Counted from the stretch's first letter, positions 46,622 through 55,930 are shown. The stretch is DNA of 64,000 nucleotides from a virus (IMGVR_UViG_3300046499_000850), one strand, 5' to 3'. The notes: generated by a model not told the origin, from the letters alone. Numbers and translations are program-made.

Positions 46622-46670
46622 GCGGCATAGCTCCCTCTACCCTTCAGGGGTAGAGGGAGTCTATTACGTG
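46622..46670. terminator. bidirectional palindromic terminator
   Basis: GCGGCATAG-CTCCCTCTACCC-TTCAG-GGGTAGAGGGAG between convergent genes. Confidence 0.75.
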
Positions 46671-46672
46671 CT

Positions 46673-47392
46673 TTATTTTTTTGTTGCTTCGGACAAAATG
46701 GGGGCATTGGGCCACATCCCTTTGAACTTGTATTGCCGGGCTTCGACACGTCCCGGGTACTTGGCATTGATCATGCAGAAGGATTCACCGTAACCGGCGA
46801 CTTTGACATTCGATTGCGCGCACTGGTTTTCCAGATGGCCGAACCATTCACCAGGTTCACAACCAAGTGTCATGCGGCACAGCCGAATCCGCTTGGTCAC
46901 GCTACCAAACCCACCATTGTAACTCGCCGCGTTACACGCTTTGATGTTGCGTTGGTCGTCCATCACAGACGAGCAGTTCCGGTTGTTGCTTTTCATCTTC
47001 AGGACCAAACCACGCAGTTGGTACTGGGCATTGTAGCAATCGGCCCACGTCCACCCTTTGAGGCTGGGACTCAAACGCTTGGTTTCTTCCAACGCATCGA
47101 ACCGTACGTTACCTTTGGCATCGTACGCTTTGGTGAACTGTCCCAACCCACACCCGAACTCACGCGAAGTTTGGAGTTTCGCTTTGAGTTTCCAATTCGC
47201 TTCTTGGTCAGGGATTGCTGCCATCCATGGACGGTAAAGTAGATCTGACCAATACGTATTGATCTCGGTATCGAGCACGGGCAGTAACTGCGCGGCGTCG
47301 CCAGGTAGCTTTTGCGCGAAGACTTTCGTGTAGCCCGTCATGCCCAACACAAAAACTACCCATGTCAGCAAAATGAATCGAGTGATCCGCAT
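46673..47392 (-). CDS. endolysin, lytic transglycosylase (SLT-like) with N-terminal signal/SAR (239 aa)
   Basis: MRITRFILLTWVVFVLG signal; catalytic QEANW, GLGQF, AASYNGG motifs. Confidence 0.8.
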   Translation of the reverse strand: MRITRFILLTWVVFVLGMTGYTKVFAQKLPGDAAQLLPVLDTEINTYWSDLLYRPWMAAIPDQEANWKLKAKLQTSREFGCGLGQFTKAYDAKGNVRFDALEETKRLSPSLKGWTWADCYNAQYQLRGLVLKMKSNNRNCSSVMDDQRNIKACNAASYNGGFGSVTKRIRLCRMTLGCEPGEWFGHLENQCAQSNVKVAGYGESFCMINAKYPGRVEARQYKFKGMWPNAPILSEATKK

Positions 47393-47394
47393 GG

Positions 47395-47793
47395 TTATTG
47401 CGCCAAGTAGATCAACACGACCACACGGAACATCCAGACCAGCGAATTGATGCCATGGGTGAGCGCCAGCGCGATGGTGTTGTCCCATGCTTGCTTTTGT
47501 ACTTCACGAACCGGTTGCTGCACGTCGATGCTCGGTTGCGTCGCGAAACGTACCCAAAACACACTCATCTCGATGAAAGTGAGTTTGACTGCGGCCAGCA
47601 TCAGCGGAATGAATTCCGGGAAGCGATGGATGATCGCGTAGCGGTTGGTCATGCCGGAGTCCACCAGCAAGTCGACGACCGCCAGACCGATACCGGTCAG
47701 CAACGCCAGCGCGAGGCTACGTGCAAACATGCGTTCGAACAGTTCCCAGCTTTTCTGGGTAATGGACAGTAGTTTACTGTGGAGTTTGGACAT
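47395..47793 (-). CDS. putative holin (3 TM)
   Basis: Three hydrophobic helices; directly upstream of the endolysin. Confidence 0.6.
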   Translation of the reverse strand: MSKLHSKLLSITQKSWELFERMFARSLALALLTGIGLAVVDLLVDSGMTNRYAIIHRFPEFIPLMLAAVKLTFIEMSVFWVRFATQPSIDVQQPVREVQKQAWDNTIALALTHGINSLVWMFRVVVLIYLAQ

Positions 47794-48001
47794 GGGGTAT
47801 TGCCTTTGCTTTTTTCGCAGCGTGTTGCTCAGGCGTGAGCCAGCTGCCGTTCAGTTGTTGAAAATGGCCGACCCCGACATCATCGGGAATTTCGACGTAA
47901 TTTTCGGCTTGGTCTTCGCCGACACATTGCTCAAGGGTGCGGCCATCCGGCGGCTCGGTAACCGACACAACCACACCCTTATACATCAGCCCGTAGCGCA
48001 T
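47774..48001 (-). CDS. small tail-fibre-associated protein (75 aa)
   Basis: AGAGG RBS; follows the tail fibre gene. Confidence 0.55.
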   Translation of the reverse strand: MRYGLMYKGVVVSVTEPPDGRTLEQCVGEDQAENYVEIPDDVGVGHFQQLNGSWLTPEQHAAKKAKAIPHVQTPQ

Positions 48002-48085
48002 GATGAAACCTCTCTTGAGTTAAGTTAGTACTGGAGAGAAACACATCCTCCATAACAATGGTAAATATTTCTCTCCAGACACTAC

Positions 48086-49159
48086 TTAGCCAGGCACGCC
48101 GATGTTCGCACCCAGCAATGTACCCACCCAACTCACGCCGCCGTCGTAGGTGCGGAACTCGTATTCGTTCACCGCGTTGGCCAGTGTCGAGCGACCCGGT
48201 TCGATCTTGTTCGACCACATCACCGAGGCAGGGAACAGGAGTTTCCGGCCAGCGACGGCGTCGTTACGTACCAGCATGCTGAACTTGATAGCATCCCCCG
48301 CAGCCAACCCGGTGATTTTCGAGACATCGAATTTCAGCGTGGTGTCGCTATTCAAGTTCAGCGTAAACATGTTGCTCAGCGACAGATCCAGTGTCGTGGA
48401 CGACGAGGTAGCTGCGGTCGGTTTGATGCGATCACGGGTATTGGCTTGACGGTACAGGAAGCTTTGGAGAACGAGCGGCCCCGTCACCGTACCGCCCGCA
48501 ACATTCAGCGGCGTATAACCAAGCGCGTCCGTGATCGACTTGGTGTTACTGCGTAGCGCCATGATCAGGTTGAGCGTGATCTGGAGTTCAGCCATCTTGG
48601 CGTTGACGTAATCGTACAACCCTTTGGCGCCCGAGGTGCTACCCAGCAGAATAGCATCTCGCACCCGGTCGAGCGAAGCGGTTAAGAATTCAAAGCCGTA
48701 CACGTCGCCTGCATCGTGCAAGTGCGGGGCCGGATTGTAACCGTCGGGTTTACCGATGAGGTTGTCGAATTCGATCGGACGACCGTCGAGGCCGAGACGC
48801 TGCACGAGTTGCACGATCGCGTCGTAACTGTAGCTGTATTCACCGCCCAGCATCTGCGCATCAAACAACACATTCGGGCCGCAGCTCGCATCGGTGATGA
48901 CGATGATCTGGTGGATTTCCCGACCGGTCTGTTCGGTCGGTAGGGTGTACAGCACACCTGGGTAGTAATCCACACCCCGAACGAGTGTCCGATTGGTAGC
49001 GGCATCGCGCACCACAACCGAATCGCTGAAGAAAGCCCCGTAGCGCGGCACAAACAAACGGATGTTCGTGCTAGCGAGTTGATGGGTTTCGTCAGTTACG
49101 CGGTTGCTGGCTGCCGCACCAGTCAGGTCGAGGGGAAATTTGACTGGAACTAAAGACAT
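48086..49159 (-). CDS. tail fibre / virion structural protein (357 aa)
   Basis: N-terminal FPLDLTG..NR phiKZ-type structural motif; C-terminal beta domain (LDLS..F.L..W....P.RST) shared with 54584..55819. Confidence 0.7.
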   Translation of the reverse strand: MSLVPVKFPLDLTGAAASNRVTDETHQLASTNIRLFVPRYGAFFSDSVVVRDAATNRTLVRGVDYYPGVLYTLPTEQTGREIHQIIVITDASCGPNVLFDAQMLGGEYSYSYDAIVQLVQRLGLDGRPIEFDNLIGKPDGYNPAPHLHDAGDVYGFEFLTASLDRVRDAILLGSTSGAKGLYDYVNAKMAELQITLNLIMALRSNTKSITDALGYTPLNVAGGTVTGPLVLQSFLYRQANTRDRIKPTAATSSSTTLDLSLSNMFTLNLNSDTTLKFDVSKITGLAAGDAIKFSMLVRNDAVAGRKLLFPASVMWSNKIEPGRSTLANAVNEYEFRTYDGGVSWVGTLLGANIGVPG

Positions 49160-49206
49160 GAAAGTTCTCCGATACTGATAAAAAAATATTCATCAGAAGA
49201 TGACAT

Positions 49207-49237
49207 AAAGGCCAGGGCATGGCTAGCCCTGGCCTTT
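49207..49237 (-). terminator. hairpin after the chaperone gene
   Basis: AAAGGCCAGGGC-ATGGCTA-GCCCTGGCCTTT; minus-strand TATGTCATC follows. Confidence 0.65.
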
Positions 49238-49253
49238 ACTGGAAGTAGTTAAC

Positions 49254-49736
49254 TTACGCGCCGGGTAACGGCGGAATGGTTGGCCATACGATGTTGTACG
49301 GGTCCGGGCAGTTCACGGGCAGATCACGGATTTCCTGGATGTACAGTAGCACCGGGGTGATGTCTTCGGTGGGGGTACGGTTCAGGGCGATCTCGTCGTT
49401 GTAACGGTCGATACGCCAACGCTGGGCCTCGATCAAGTCTTGGCGATCTTGGTCGAGCGAGGTCCATTTGACTTCCCATGCTGCCGCGCGCATTTTCGCC
49501 AACACCTGGTCGGTCACGCCAGCGGCACGGGCATCCGCTTCGGTCAAGAAACCGAGGTGCTCGTACCGCTTGTCGCTGTCGTTTTCACGAAAGGTGGCGT
49601 GAAGGTCTTTCAGGGTGGTGTAATCGATATCACGCAAGCCAGTGATGGTGGCGTACGCTTCCGGCACATCGCCTGCATACACCACCACTTTCGTGGCTTT
49701 ATTGACGAGATACACGAGTCCTTGGATGCTACTCAT
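49254..49736 (-). CDS. tail fibre assembly chaperone
   Basis: C-terminal YIQEIRDLP...P..IVWP motif of phage tail assembly chaperones. Confidence 0.7.
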   Translation of the reverse strand: MSSIQGLVYLVNKATKVVVYAGDVPEAYATITGLRDIDYTTLKDLHATFRENDSDKRYEHLGFLTEADARAAGVTDQVLAKMRAAAWEVKWTSLDQDRQDLIEAQRWRIDRYNDEIALNRTPTEDITPVLLYIQEIRDLPVNCPDPYNIVWPTIPPLPGA

Positions 49737-50512
49737 TCTTGCACCTCACTGGTGTAGATTTTCTTGAAGTGGAACATCCGGCGATAAAAGCCGGTGATCC
49801 GCGAAGGGAAGCCGTACTTATACTTGGCCTTTTCCCACGGCGTCGCCGCCCCAGCCACGCCATGGTAGTTCACCCGTTTGAAGGGCAAGGCTTGCAATAA
49901 CGGCGTGCCGGCTTTGATCACAAATTCACATGGCTTGATCACGACGAGAATCCAGTTGGCGGTATGGAACTCTTCGTAATCGACGGTGCCTGGGAAAACA
50001 AACACCTTGTCCATCAGTTCCGGCGAATGGAGGAACGCGGGCAGCAAATGCATCGAGTGTCCGGGTTCCATAAAGATGCCGTAGGGTAGCGGCACCTTCC
50101 ATATCTTGGGTTTCACCCCTTGTACTGGCGCGACGCCAGCCACCACTTCCAAATCCATCTCGCTCGGTGTGAGGATTGGATCGAAATTGTGCGGGGTGGT
50201 AATTACCGTACCGGCGCCGTTGGCTTTGATGTGAATGTCGGTGTGGGCGCGAATGATGAAACCTTCTTGGATATAGTCGTGCATGCCCGGGCAGCGCACA
50301 AACTTCACCGGTTTCTTCTCATCCTTGGCTTTTTGAATCATCGCCACCAACCACGCCGGTTTGATCTCTTTGGCGGTCAGCACTGGAAAGATCAAGTGCG
50401 TGGCGCCGCAGATGGTTCTGAAACGGACGACCGATTCGCTAAAGCTACGCCGCAGCCATCCGTTCAGGGCCATCAAGCCATTGATGATTAAATCGATGAA
50501 GCGCGAGATCAT
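49733..50512 (-). CDS. DUF6065-like / dUTPase-fold-like protein, paralog 1 (259 aa)
   Basis: FVRCPGMHDYIQEGFII..KVPLPY.I..EPG.S....P..VFPGTVDY..IKAGTPLLQALPFKR. Confidence 0.55.
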   Translation of the reverse strand: MISRFIDLIINGLMALNGWLRRSFSESVVRFRTICGATHLIFPVLTAKEIKPAWLVAMIQKAKDEKKPVKFVRCPGMHDYIQEGFIIRAHTDIHIKANGAGTVITTPHNFDPILTPSEMDLEVVAGVAPVQGVKPKIWKVPLPYGIFMEPGHSMHLLPAFLHSPELMDKVFVFPGTVDYEEFHTANWILVVIKPCEFVIKAGTPLLQALPFKRVNYHGVAGAATPWEKAKYKYGFPSRITGFYRRMFHFKKIYTSEVQE

Positions 50513-51375
50513 GGTTTAATCTCACGGTTCTTGATTTGATCCACCACATCGGCGAACGAATTCGACTTCGACGCCAAGCGATCTTCACGCAGTTCACGGG
50601 TATAGAAATGCGAACGGGCGTTTTGCGTTTTCGCCATTTGGTCGATACGAAATTGCTCCGCGGCCGTCAGCGTTCGGATCAACAGTTCCCGCGAGATGTC
50701 CGCCCGCTTGAACGGAATCGCGGTCACGAGCGGCGTGCCGGCTTTCACCACGCCATCGTAGTTCTTAGCGAACCACAAGCCCGGGAAGTTGACCTGTTTC
50801 GGATACGTGTCGGTGTCCACCACCGCACCCATGCAGAGGAAACGTTCTTCTTCCACATGGTTCAGTGGCGGAATAAACAGCGTCGAGTAACCAGGCCGGG
50901 TGCGGATCACCCATGGGTTATGGAACTTGATGGCGGGCGCCGGATAGGCCGGGTAGTCTTTCCCCAACTGGTCACTGGAATGATACGACGCGCCGTTGAA
51001 GGTCGGTCCACTCCGTGTTTCCATGTTCTTGCCACCGTCGGTACGGACGTGCACGTCCACGGCCAAACGCATGGTGTAACCGAGCCCCATGCCATCGAGC
51101 AGTGGCAGGCAGTCTTTGGCGGTCATGGCAATGTCACCAAACTGGTCACGCGGCGAACCTTGGTTGCGTGGCAGCTTGGCGGGCACCTTTTTCCACCATT
51201 CGGCAATGTGCTTGAAGGCCGGGACCGGCTCCATCACAACACCTTTGAATTGCGGTTCACACATGAACTCGATGATCGGGATTAACGCATCCCGATCTTC
51301 TTGGGTCTCCTCACGAAGACCCATCCGAGTCATGCGATCCTTGGTTAATAAAAATTGAACCAAACGATCAAGCAT
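50509..51375 (-). CDS. DUF6065-like / dUTPase-fold-like protein, paralog 2 (288 aa)
   Basis: TAKDCLPLLDGMGLGY..KFHNPWVIRTRPGYSTLFIPP..AVVDTDTY..VKAGTPLVTAIPFKR. Confidence 0.55.
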   Translation of the reverse strand: MLDRLVQFLLTKDRMTRMGLREETQEDRDALIPIIEFMCEPQFKGVVMEPVPAFKHIAEWWKKVPAKLPRNQGSPRDQFGDIAMTAKDCLPLLDGMGLGYTMRLAVDVHVRTDGGKNMETRSGPTFNGASYHSSDQLGKDYPAYPAPAIKFHNPWVIRTRPGYSTLFIPPLNHVEEERFLCMGAVVDTDTYPKQVNFPGLWFAKNYDGVVKAGTPLVTAIPFKRADISRELLIRTLTAAEQFRIDQMAKTQNARSHFYTRELREDRLASKSNSFADVVDQIKNREIKP

Positions 51376-51387
51376 AATGAATTCCCC

Positions 51388-52056
51388 TTAGCGAACCTTC
51401 GGACCCAGCGCCCAGATCACGAGCGACGCGCGATCACCTTTGGTCACCGGCAACACCCGGTGCGGGATATGGGAATAGAAGAACACCACGGTGCCGGCTG
51501 GCGGTTTCAAGCGCAGGCAGTTATCGGGGTTGCCACCGATGTTCAGCTCCAGTTCGCCACCCTCGTACTCCGACGGATCGGTCAGCATGAGCACCGCGGA
51601 CAACTTGCGATGTTCGTTCGATTCAGCACCTTCGTGAACATCCACGTGCCAGTCGTAATGCTGGTTCAGACCGTACTTGGTGAACTGCATCGGGAAGAAG
51701 TGGTCCAGGTCCAGCTGGAACTTGTCGCGGTTGACCATGCCGATGGTGTCGGCAATGCGTTGCAACAGCCAGCGGCGATCGTCCAGGTTCTGCAGGTTCG
51801 GGTCGTCGTTGATCCATGCCACTTGCGAATCGCGGACATCCTTGTTCTGCTCGTTGTTACCCACCGAACCGGCTTGGAACACCATCAGCTCGCCGAGTTC
51901 CTTGATCTTCAGGCACTCGTCAGCTTCGGGTTTGTACACTGCCGGTTCACCTTCCTTTTCCACGACCTGGCCATTGCCAAAGGCGTTGTACAGTTCGCAG
52001 TGCGAGAGATACGGGAACGTGCGTTGATTGATCCCGTAACGAGGGGTGTTATTCAT
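51388..52056 (-). CDS. 2OG-Fe(II) oxygenase, prolyl-4-hydroxylase/PKHD type (222 aa)
   Basis: VRDS..W, QFTKY...HYDWHVD (HxD), RKLSAVLML..EYEGGEL, HRV, RASLVIW; AAGGA RBS before ATG 52056. Confidence 0.9.
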   Translation of the reverse strand: MNNTPRYGINQRTFPYLSHCELYNAFGNGQVVEKEGEPAVYKPEADECLKIKELGELMVFQAGSVGNNEQNKDVRDSQVAWINDDPNLQNLDDRRWLLQRIADTIGMVNRDKFQLDLDHFFPMQFTKYGLNQHYDWHVDVHEGAESNEHRKLSAVLMLTDPSEYEGGELELNIGGNPDNCLRLKPPAGTVVFFYSHIPHRVLPVTKGDRASLVIWALGPKVR

Positions 52057-52081
52057 AATGCTTTTCCTTAGTGGACGAATA

Positions 52082-54568
52082 TTAGAATTGTTGCTTGACG
52101 ATGACTTGGGCGCCCGGGCCAACCGCGACCGGATACTTGTCATCTGGACTGATGGCCACCGTGGTTAAGGTATCAGCCACATAGCTACCCGCCGCCCCGC
52201 CTAGGGCGCCTGGGAACAGCACCCCCAAGGCCGTGAACGGTTGAGAAGGACCACCGGTCACTGGCGGGTTGTACACAACGTTACCCGGCGTTGGCGAGTT
52301 GTAATTCGCACTGCCTGGCACACTCGGGTTATACGTTGCCGTGCCCGGAGTGGGTGGGTTATACGTCGTGGTACCTGCCGTGGGCGGGTTGTAATACGCC
52401 GTCCCCGGAGTAGGGGGGTTGTAGTTCGCTGTCCCTGCCGTTGGTGGATTATACGTGGTCGGATTCGTATAACCAGGATTGCTGTACGCCGGCACCGGCG
52501 TCGGTGCGTTGTAGTATGGCGAATTGGTGTTACCTTGGGTATACACCGACGAGTTCATGGTGCCCGGATTCGTGGTGCCCGGATTGCTATAGTGATAGTA
52601 ATTCACCATGTAATACGCACCACGGATCTGGTAGCCATTCTCATCTGGCCAAAAGGCGTTACTGTACGTGGCGTACGGCGTAGCTGCTGGATTATCAGGA
52701 CCTGTGTTAAACGACGAGTTTTGATCTTCCGCCCGCGCGCCCACCGTGGTGAACTCCGTGTAGGTATCCATCACCGCGTACGGTGGATTGGTGTTACCCG
52801 GCACGATGTTACCCGGGGTATATGTGGGCGGATTCGTGTAACCCGGCACCAGATTCCCGGGATTGCTATAGGCTGCCACGTAGTTACCAGCCACGTAGTT
52901 GCCCGGCACCGCGTTGCCCGGTGAAGAAGGGTTGGTGTTGGCGTACGTGCCTGCTACTGGCGGATTGTAACCAGCCACATTCCCCGGCACTGGCGGATTG
53001 TAGGAGGCGACGTTGCCCGGCGTCGGTGGATTATAGCCACTCAGGTTCCCGGTGATCGGTGGATTATATCCCGAAATATTTCCAGGAGTCACTGGGTTAT
53101 ACACAACATTTCCCGGGGTAGGTAAATTATAATTAGCATTCCCAGGTATTACCGGATTATAGTTGGCATTGCCGCCTGTCGACGGATTATAAACCGGGGT
53201 CCCTGCGACTGGTGGATTATAGTTCGCCGTCCCTTGCACCGGTGGGTTGTAATTCGCTGTTCCAGGGTTGGTGCCCACTTGGGTGTACGACGTGTTGATG
53301 TACTGCGGCGGTGACGCGGTCGTGTTTGTAGACGGTGTCGGTTGGGTTGACGACGGTCCCCAGCTCCCGTTGCTAACGGTCTGCACCGAAGTCGAGTTGT
53401 TGATCGTAATCGTACGCGATGTACCATACACCAGCGGCGGGTTATGACCAGCGATGTTGCCCGCTGTTGGTGGGTTGTAGTTGGCGATGTTGCCCGGCTG
53501 CGGCGGATTGGTGATCGCCGTGCCACCCGTCGGTGGGTTATAACCTGCCAATGTGCCACCGGTGGGTGGATTATAGTTAGCAGTGCCGGGTACCGTGGGA
53601 TTGTAATACGCGGTGCCACCGGTGGGTGGATTGTAACTAACCGTGCCTGCCACATATGTCGGCGGGTTGGTGTATGGCGCCACCCAGGTTGGCGGGTTCT
53701 GGTAACTGGTACCGGCGATGTACGTCGGCGGGTTGTAATACGCCGCAGTATACGTCCCCGCGTTGACCCCCGTGTTGCCGGCCGTGTAGGTGCCGTCGTT
53801 AGTCCCCGTGTTACCCGGTGTGTAAGTTCCCGGATTGGTATTTCCCGGCACGTCACGAACACACTCCCTCATCATGGTGGAATAATTGTTACCTTCAACC
53901 GTGCCGTCGAAGTAGTATCCAATCGGACATGTTTTGCTAAACGGCACATACGTGTAATCTGTATAAGCCCTGTTAGTGTTACCCGGGGTGTATGTGGGCG
54001 GATTCGTGTACGGATTACCTGGCGTATAAGTTGGCGGATTACTGTACGGATTACCCGGTGTGAACGACGCCGGTACCAAGTTACCCGGCGCGTAGTAACT
54101 CGAATTCATCCCACCATTGCCGGGCACCGTGTAACCGGGTTCGTAATTACCGGTCGTGTAGGTGGGTGGGTTGGTATACCTGTTGCCTGGGCTGATTGGG
54201 TTGTAGCCAGCCACCGACCCGCCGGTGGGCGGATTATAGTTGGCAATCGTACCCGCGACAGGCGGATTGTAGTTCGCGGTGCCAGGCACCGTCGGGTTGT
54301 AAGTGGCGTTACCGGGCGCCACCGGATTGTAACCCGTGATGTTACCCGGGGTGATCGGGTTGTAGCCCGAAATGTTCCCAGGGGTCGGCGGGTTATAAGC
54401 GATGTTGCCCGGTACGGTGGCGTTACCCGGCGAACCGCTGCCGGAGACGAGGACGTGCGATTTACCGTATTGCAACGTCACCGTACCGGGTGCGTTGAAC
54501 ACCGAAGTGTTGGGAACAATACGGGCATTCGTCCGTTCACGCCGTAATTTTTGCGTTAAACGACTCAT
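52082..54568 (-). CDS. (Y)NPP-repeat Pro/Asn/Gly/Thr/Tyr-rich virion protein, 828 aa
   Basis: About 28 NPP triplets counted by eye in 10-11 aa repeats (e.g. TPGTANYNPP); termini resemble a glycine-rich tail domain (FNAPGT.T..G...V.V.G.G.PG / VAVGPGAQVIVK); AAGGTAGGG RBS. Confidence 0.75.
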   Translation of the reverse strand: MSRLTQKLRRERTNARIVPNTSVFNAPGTVTLQYGKSHVLVSGSGSPGNATVPGNIAYNPPTPGNISGYNPITPGNITGYNPVAPGNATYNPTVPGTANYNPPVAGTIANYNPPTGGSVAGYNPISPGNRYTNPPTYTTGNYEPGYTVPGNGGMNSSYYAPGNLVPASFTPGNPYSNPPTYTPGNPYTNPPTYTPGNTNRAYTDYTYVPFSKTCPIGYYFDGTVEGNNYSTMMRECVRDVPGNTNPGTYTPGNTGTNDGTYTAGNTGVNAGTYTAAYYNPPTYIAGTSYQNPPTWVAPYTNPPTYVAGTVSYNPPTGGTAYYNPTVPGTANYNPPTGGTLAGYNPPTGGTAITNPPQPGNIANYNPPTAGNIAGHNPPLVYGTSRTITINNSTSVQTVSNGSWGPSSTQPTPSTNTTASPPQYINTSYTQVGTNPGTANYNPPVQGTANYNPPVAGTPVYNPSTGGNANYNPVIPGNANYNLPTPGNVVYNPVTPGNISGYNPPITGNLSGYNPPTPGNVASYNPPVPGNVAGYNPPVAGTYANTNPSSPGNAVPGNYVAGNYVAAYSNPGNLVPGYTNPPTYTPGNIVPGNTNPPYAVMDTYTEFTTVGARAEDQNSSFNTGPDNPAATPYATYSNAFWPDENGYQIRGAYYMVNYYHYSNPGTTNPGTMNSSVYTQGNTNSPYYNAPTPVPAYSNPGYTNPTTYNPPTAGTANYNPPTPGTAYYNPPTAGTTTYNPPTPGTATYNPSVPGSANYNSPTPGNVVYNPPVTGGPSQPFTALGVLFPGALGGAAGSYVADTLTTVAISPDDKYPVAVGPGAQVIVKQQF

Positions 54569-54583
54569 TCTACCCTACCTTTA

Positions 54584-55819
54584 TTAGCGAGGATCTTTGT
54601 TCGAGAGCGAACCCTGCCACGTCAACATGTTGTCTTCCGAGACAAAGTACCAGAGGTCCTTGGCGGCGGCGCCAGTCGAGCGCGGTGGCGGTACACCGTC
54701 CACCCACTTCACGTTGGATGGCCATGCCACTGCATACGCGTTGCCGGTATTGTCGTTGATGGTGGTGATCGAGAACTCCACCACACGGTTGGTCATGTCA
54801 CCCACTTGGCGGGTATCGAAACCGATCGCACCACTTGCAGAGACCAACAGCTGGAAGGCTTCCGACTGACTAAGGTCGACTGAGATGGTGCCGTTCATCG
54901 GGATCTTGACCAAGCCTTGCGAACCCAGGCCCGTAAATTGTGGGCGGTTCATGTTGGCTTTCTTGCTGAGCAGGTCCGTGAGCTGAAGCGACAGTGCTTG
55001 CAGCTTCATGAACGCCACCAGCACCGTGTCCGTCTCAGCGATGTTCTCAGGCGCGATGGGGGTAAAGCCCAACAGCTTGGTGGCCAGCACCCGTGCTTCG
55101 GTGAAGTACTTGTTGATTTCCCCTTCCGGGAAATCATCGGTACTGCGGTCAATCGATTCGATGGCCGCCTGAACAGCGAGGTTAACTTGGTCGATCGTGG
55201 CTGCGCCGATATCAGCCGCAGTCAGATGGTGCACGTTACCCTGTGCGTTGATGTGCTGCGTCATCGCCGAACTGGCTTGGGTCAGGATGGCGTCAACCAC
55301 CCGATTGATGGCTTCCAGAACACTGCTCATGCCGACCATGTCCTTCAGATCCCACTCGTGTGGAATCGGCGGGAACACGTTCGGGTAACCGGCGACTTGG
55401 TCCCACGTGGTGGTACGCGGGTTATGCGCTTGGTCAGCCAGAATCGTGGCGATAGTGTTGCTATCGACCGACCACTCCCCACCCAGGCACTGGTACGGAT
55501 TGAAGATGACCGTGCCGCGCAGTTCGGTGTTCAGGAGCGTGACCGAACCGTAGACCGGCTTACCGCACGCCCGGCTCGCACCGAGGAAGTAATGTGATAA
55601 ATAAAAATCTATTCCAAGCACGAGTGGACGAATGTCGCCCTGCAGAGACTTGAAGTTGAGCGACATGCTGTCGCCGAAGAACGGTGTTGCGGCTGGAATC
55701 AAAAACAGAAAGTTGCTATCGTTCCCGCCGGTCAAAGGTTGCAGTTCGCCGGTGATCCGGTTGGTCACAGCTTGGCCGGTCGGATCGAAGGGGTATTGCG
55801 GGCTCGTGATAATAGACAT
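54584..55819 (-). CDS. tail fibre / virion structural protein (411 aa)
   Basis: QYPFDPTG..TNRITGE N-terminal motif; PTTTWDQV...P..FPP..H; C-terminal domain paralogous to 48086..49159. Confidence 0.7.
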   Translation of the reverse strand: MSIITSPQYPFDPTGQAVTNRITGELQPLTGGNDSNFLFLIPAATPFFGDSMSLNFKSLQGDIRPLVLGIDFYLSHYFLGASRACGKPVYGSVTLLNTELRGTVIFNPYQCLGGEWSVDSNTIATILADQAHNPRTTTWDQVAGYPNVFPPIPHEWDLKDMVGMSSVLEAINRVVDAILTQASSAMTQHINAQGNVHHLTAADIGAATIDQVNLAVQAAIESIDRSTDDFPEGEINKYFTEARVLATKLLGFTPIAPENIAETDTVLVAFMKLQALSLQLTDLLSKKANMNRPQFTGLGSQGLVKIPMNGTISVDLSQSEAFQLLVSASGAIGFDTRQVGDMTNRVVEFSITTINDNTGNAYAVAWPSNVKWVDGVPPPRSTGAAAKDLWYFVSEDNMLTWQGSLSNKDPR

Positions 55820-55930
55820 GAAAACGCACCTTTAAGAAGGTCTGGGGAATGATGCTGGGATAATCTTATGTTAGGTCCAAGCGACTATATTATCTCGGCT
55901 TCCCCCTTCTACAAGCAAAGGATTTTTCCT

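Noticed and set aside
52082-54568. Collagen-like or ice-nucleation protein
   Set aside because: No continuous Gly-X-Y register and no AGYGSTxT octamers
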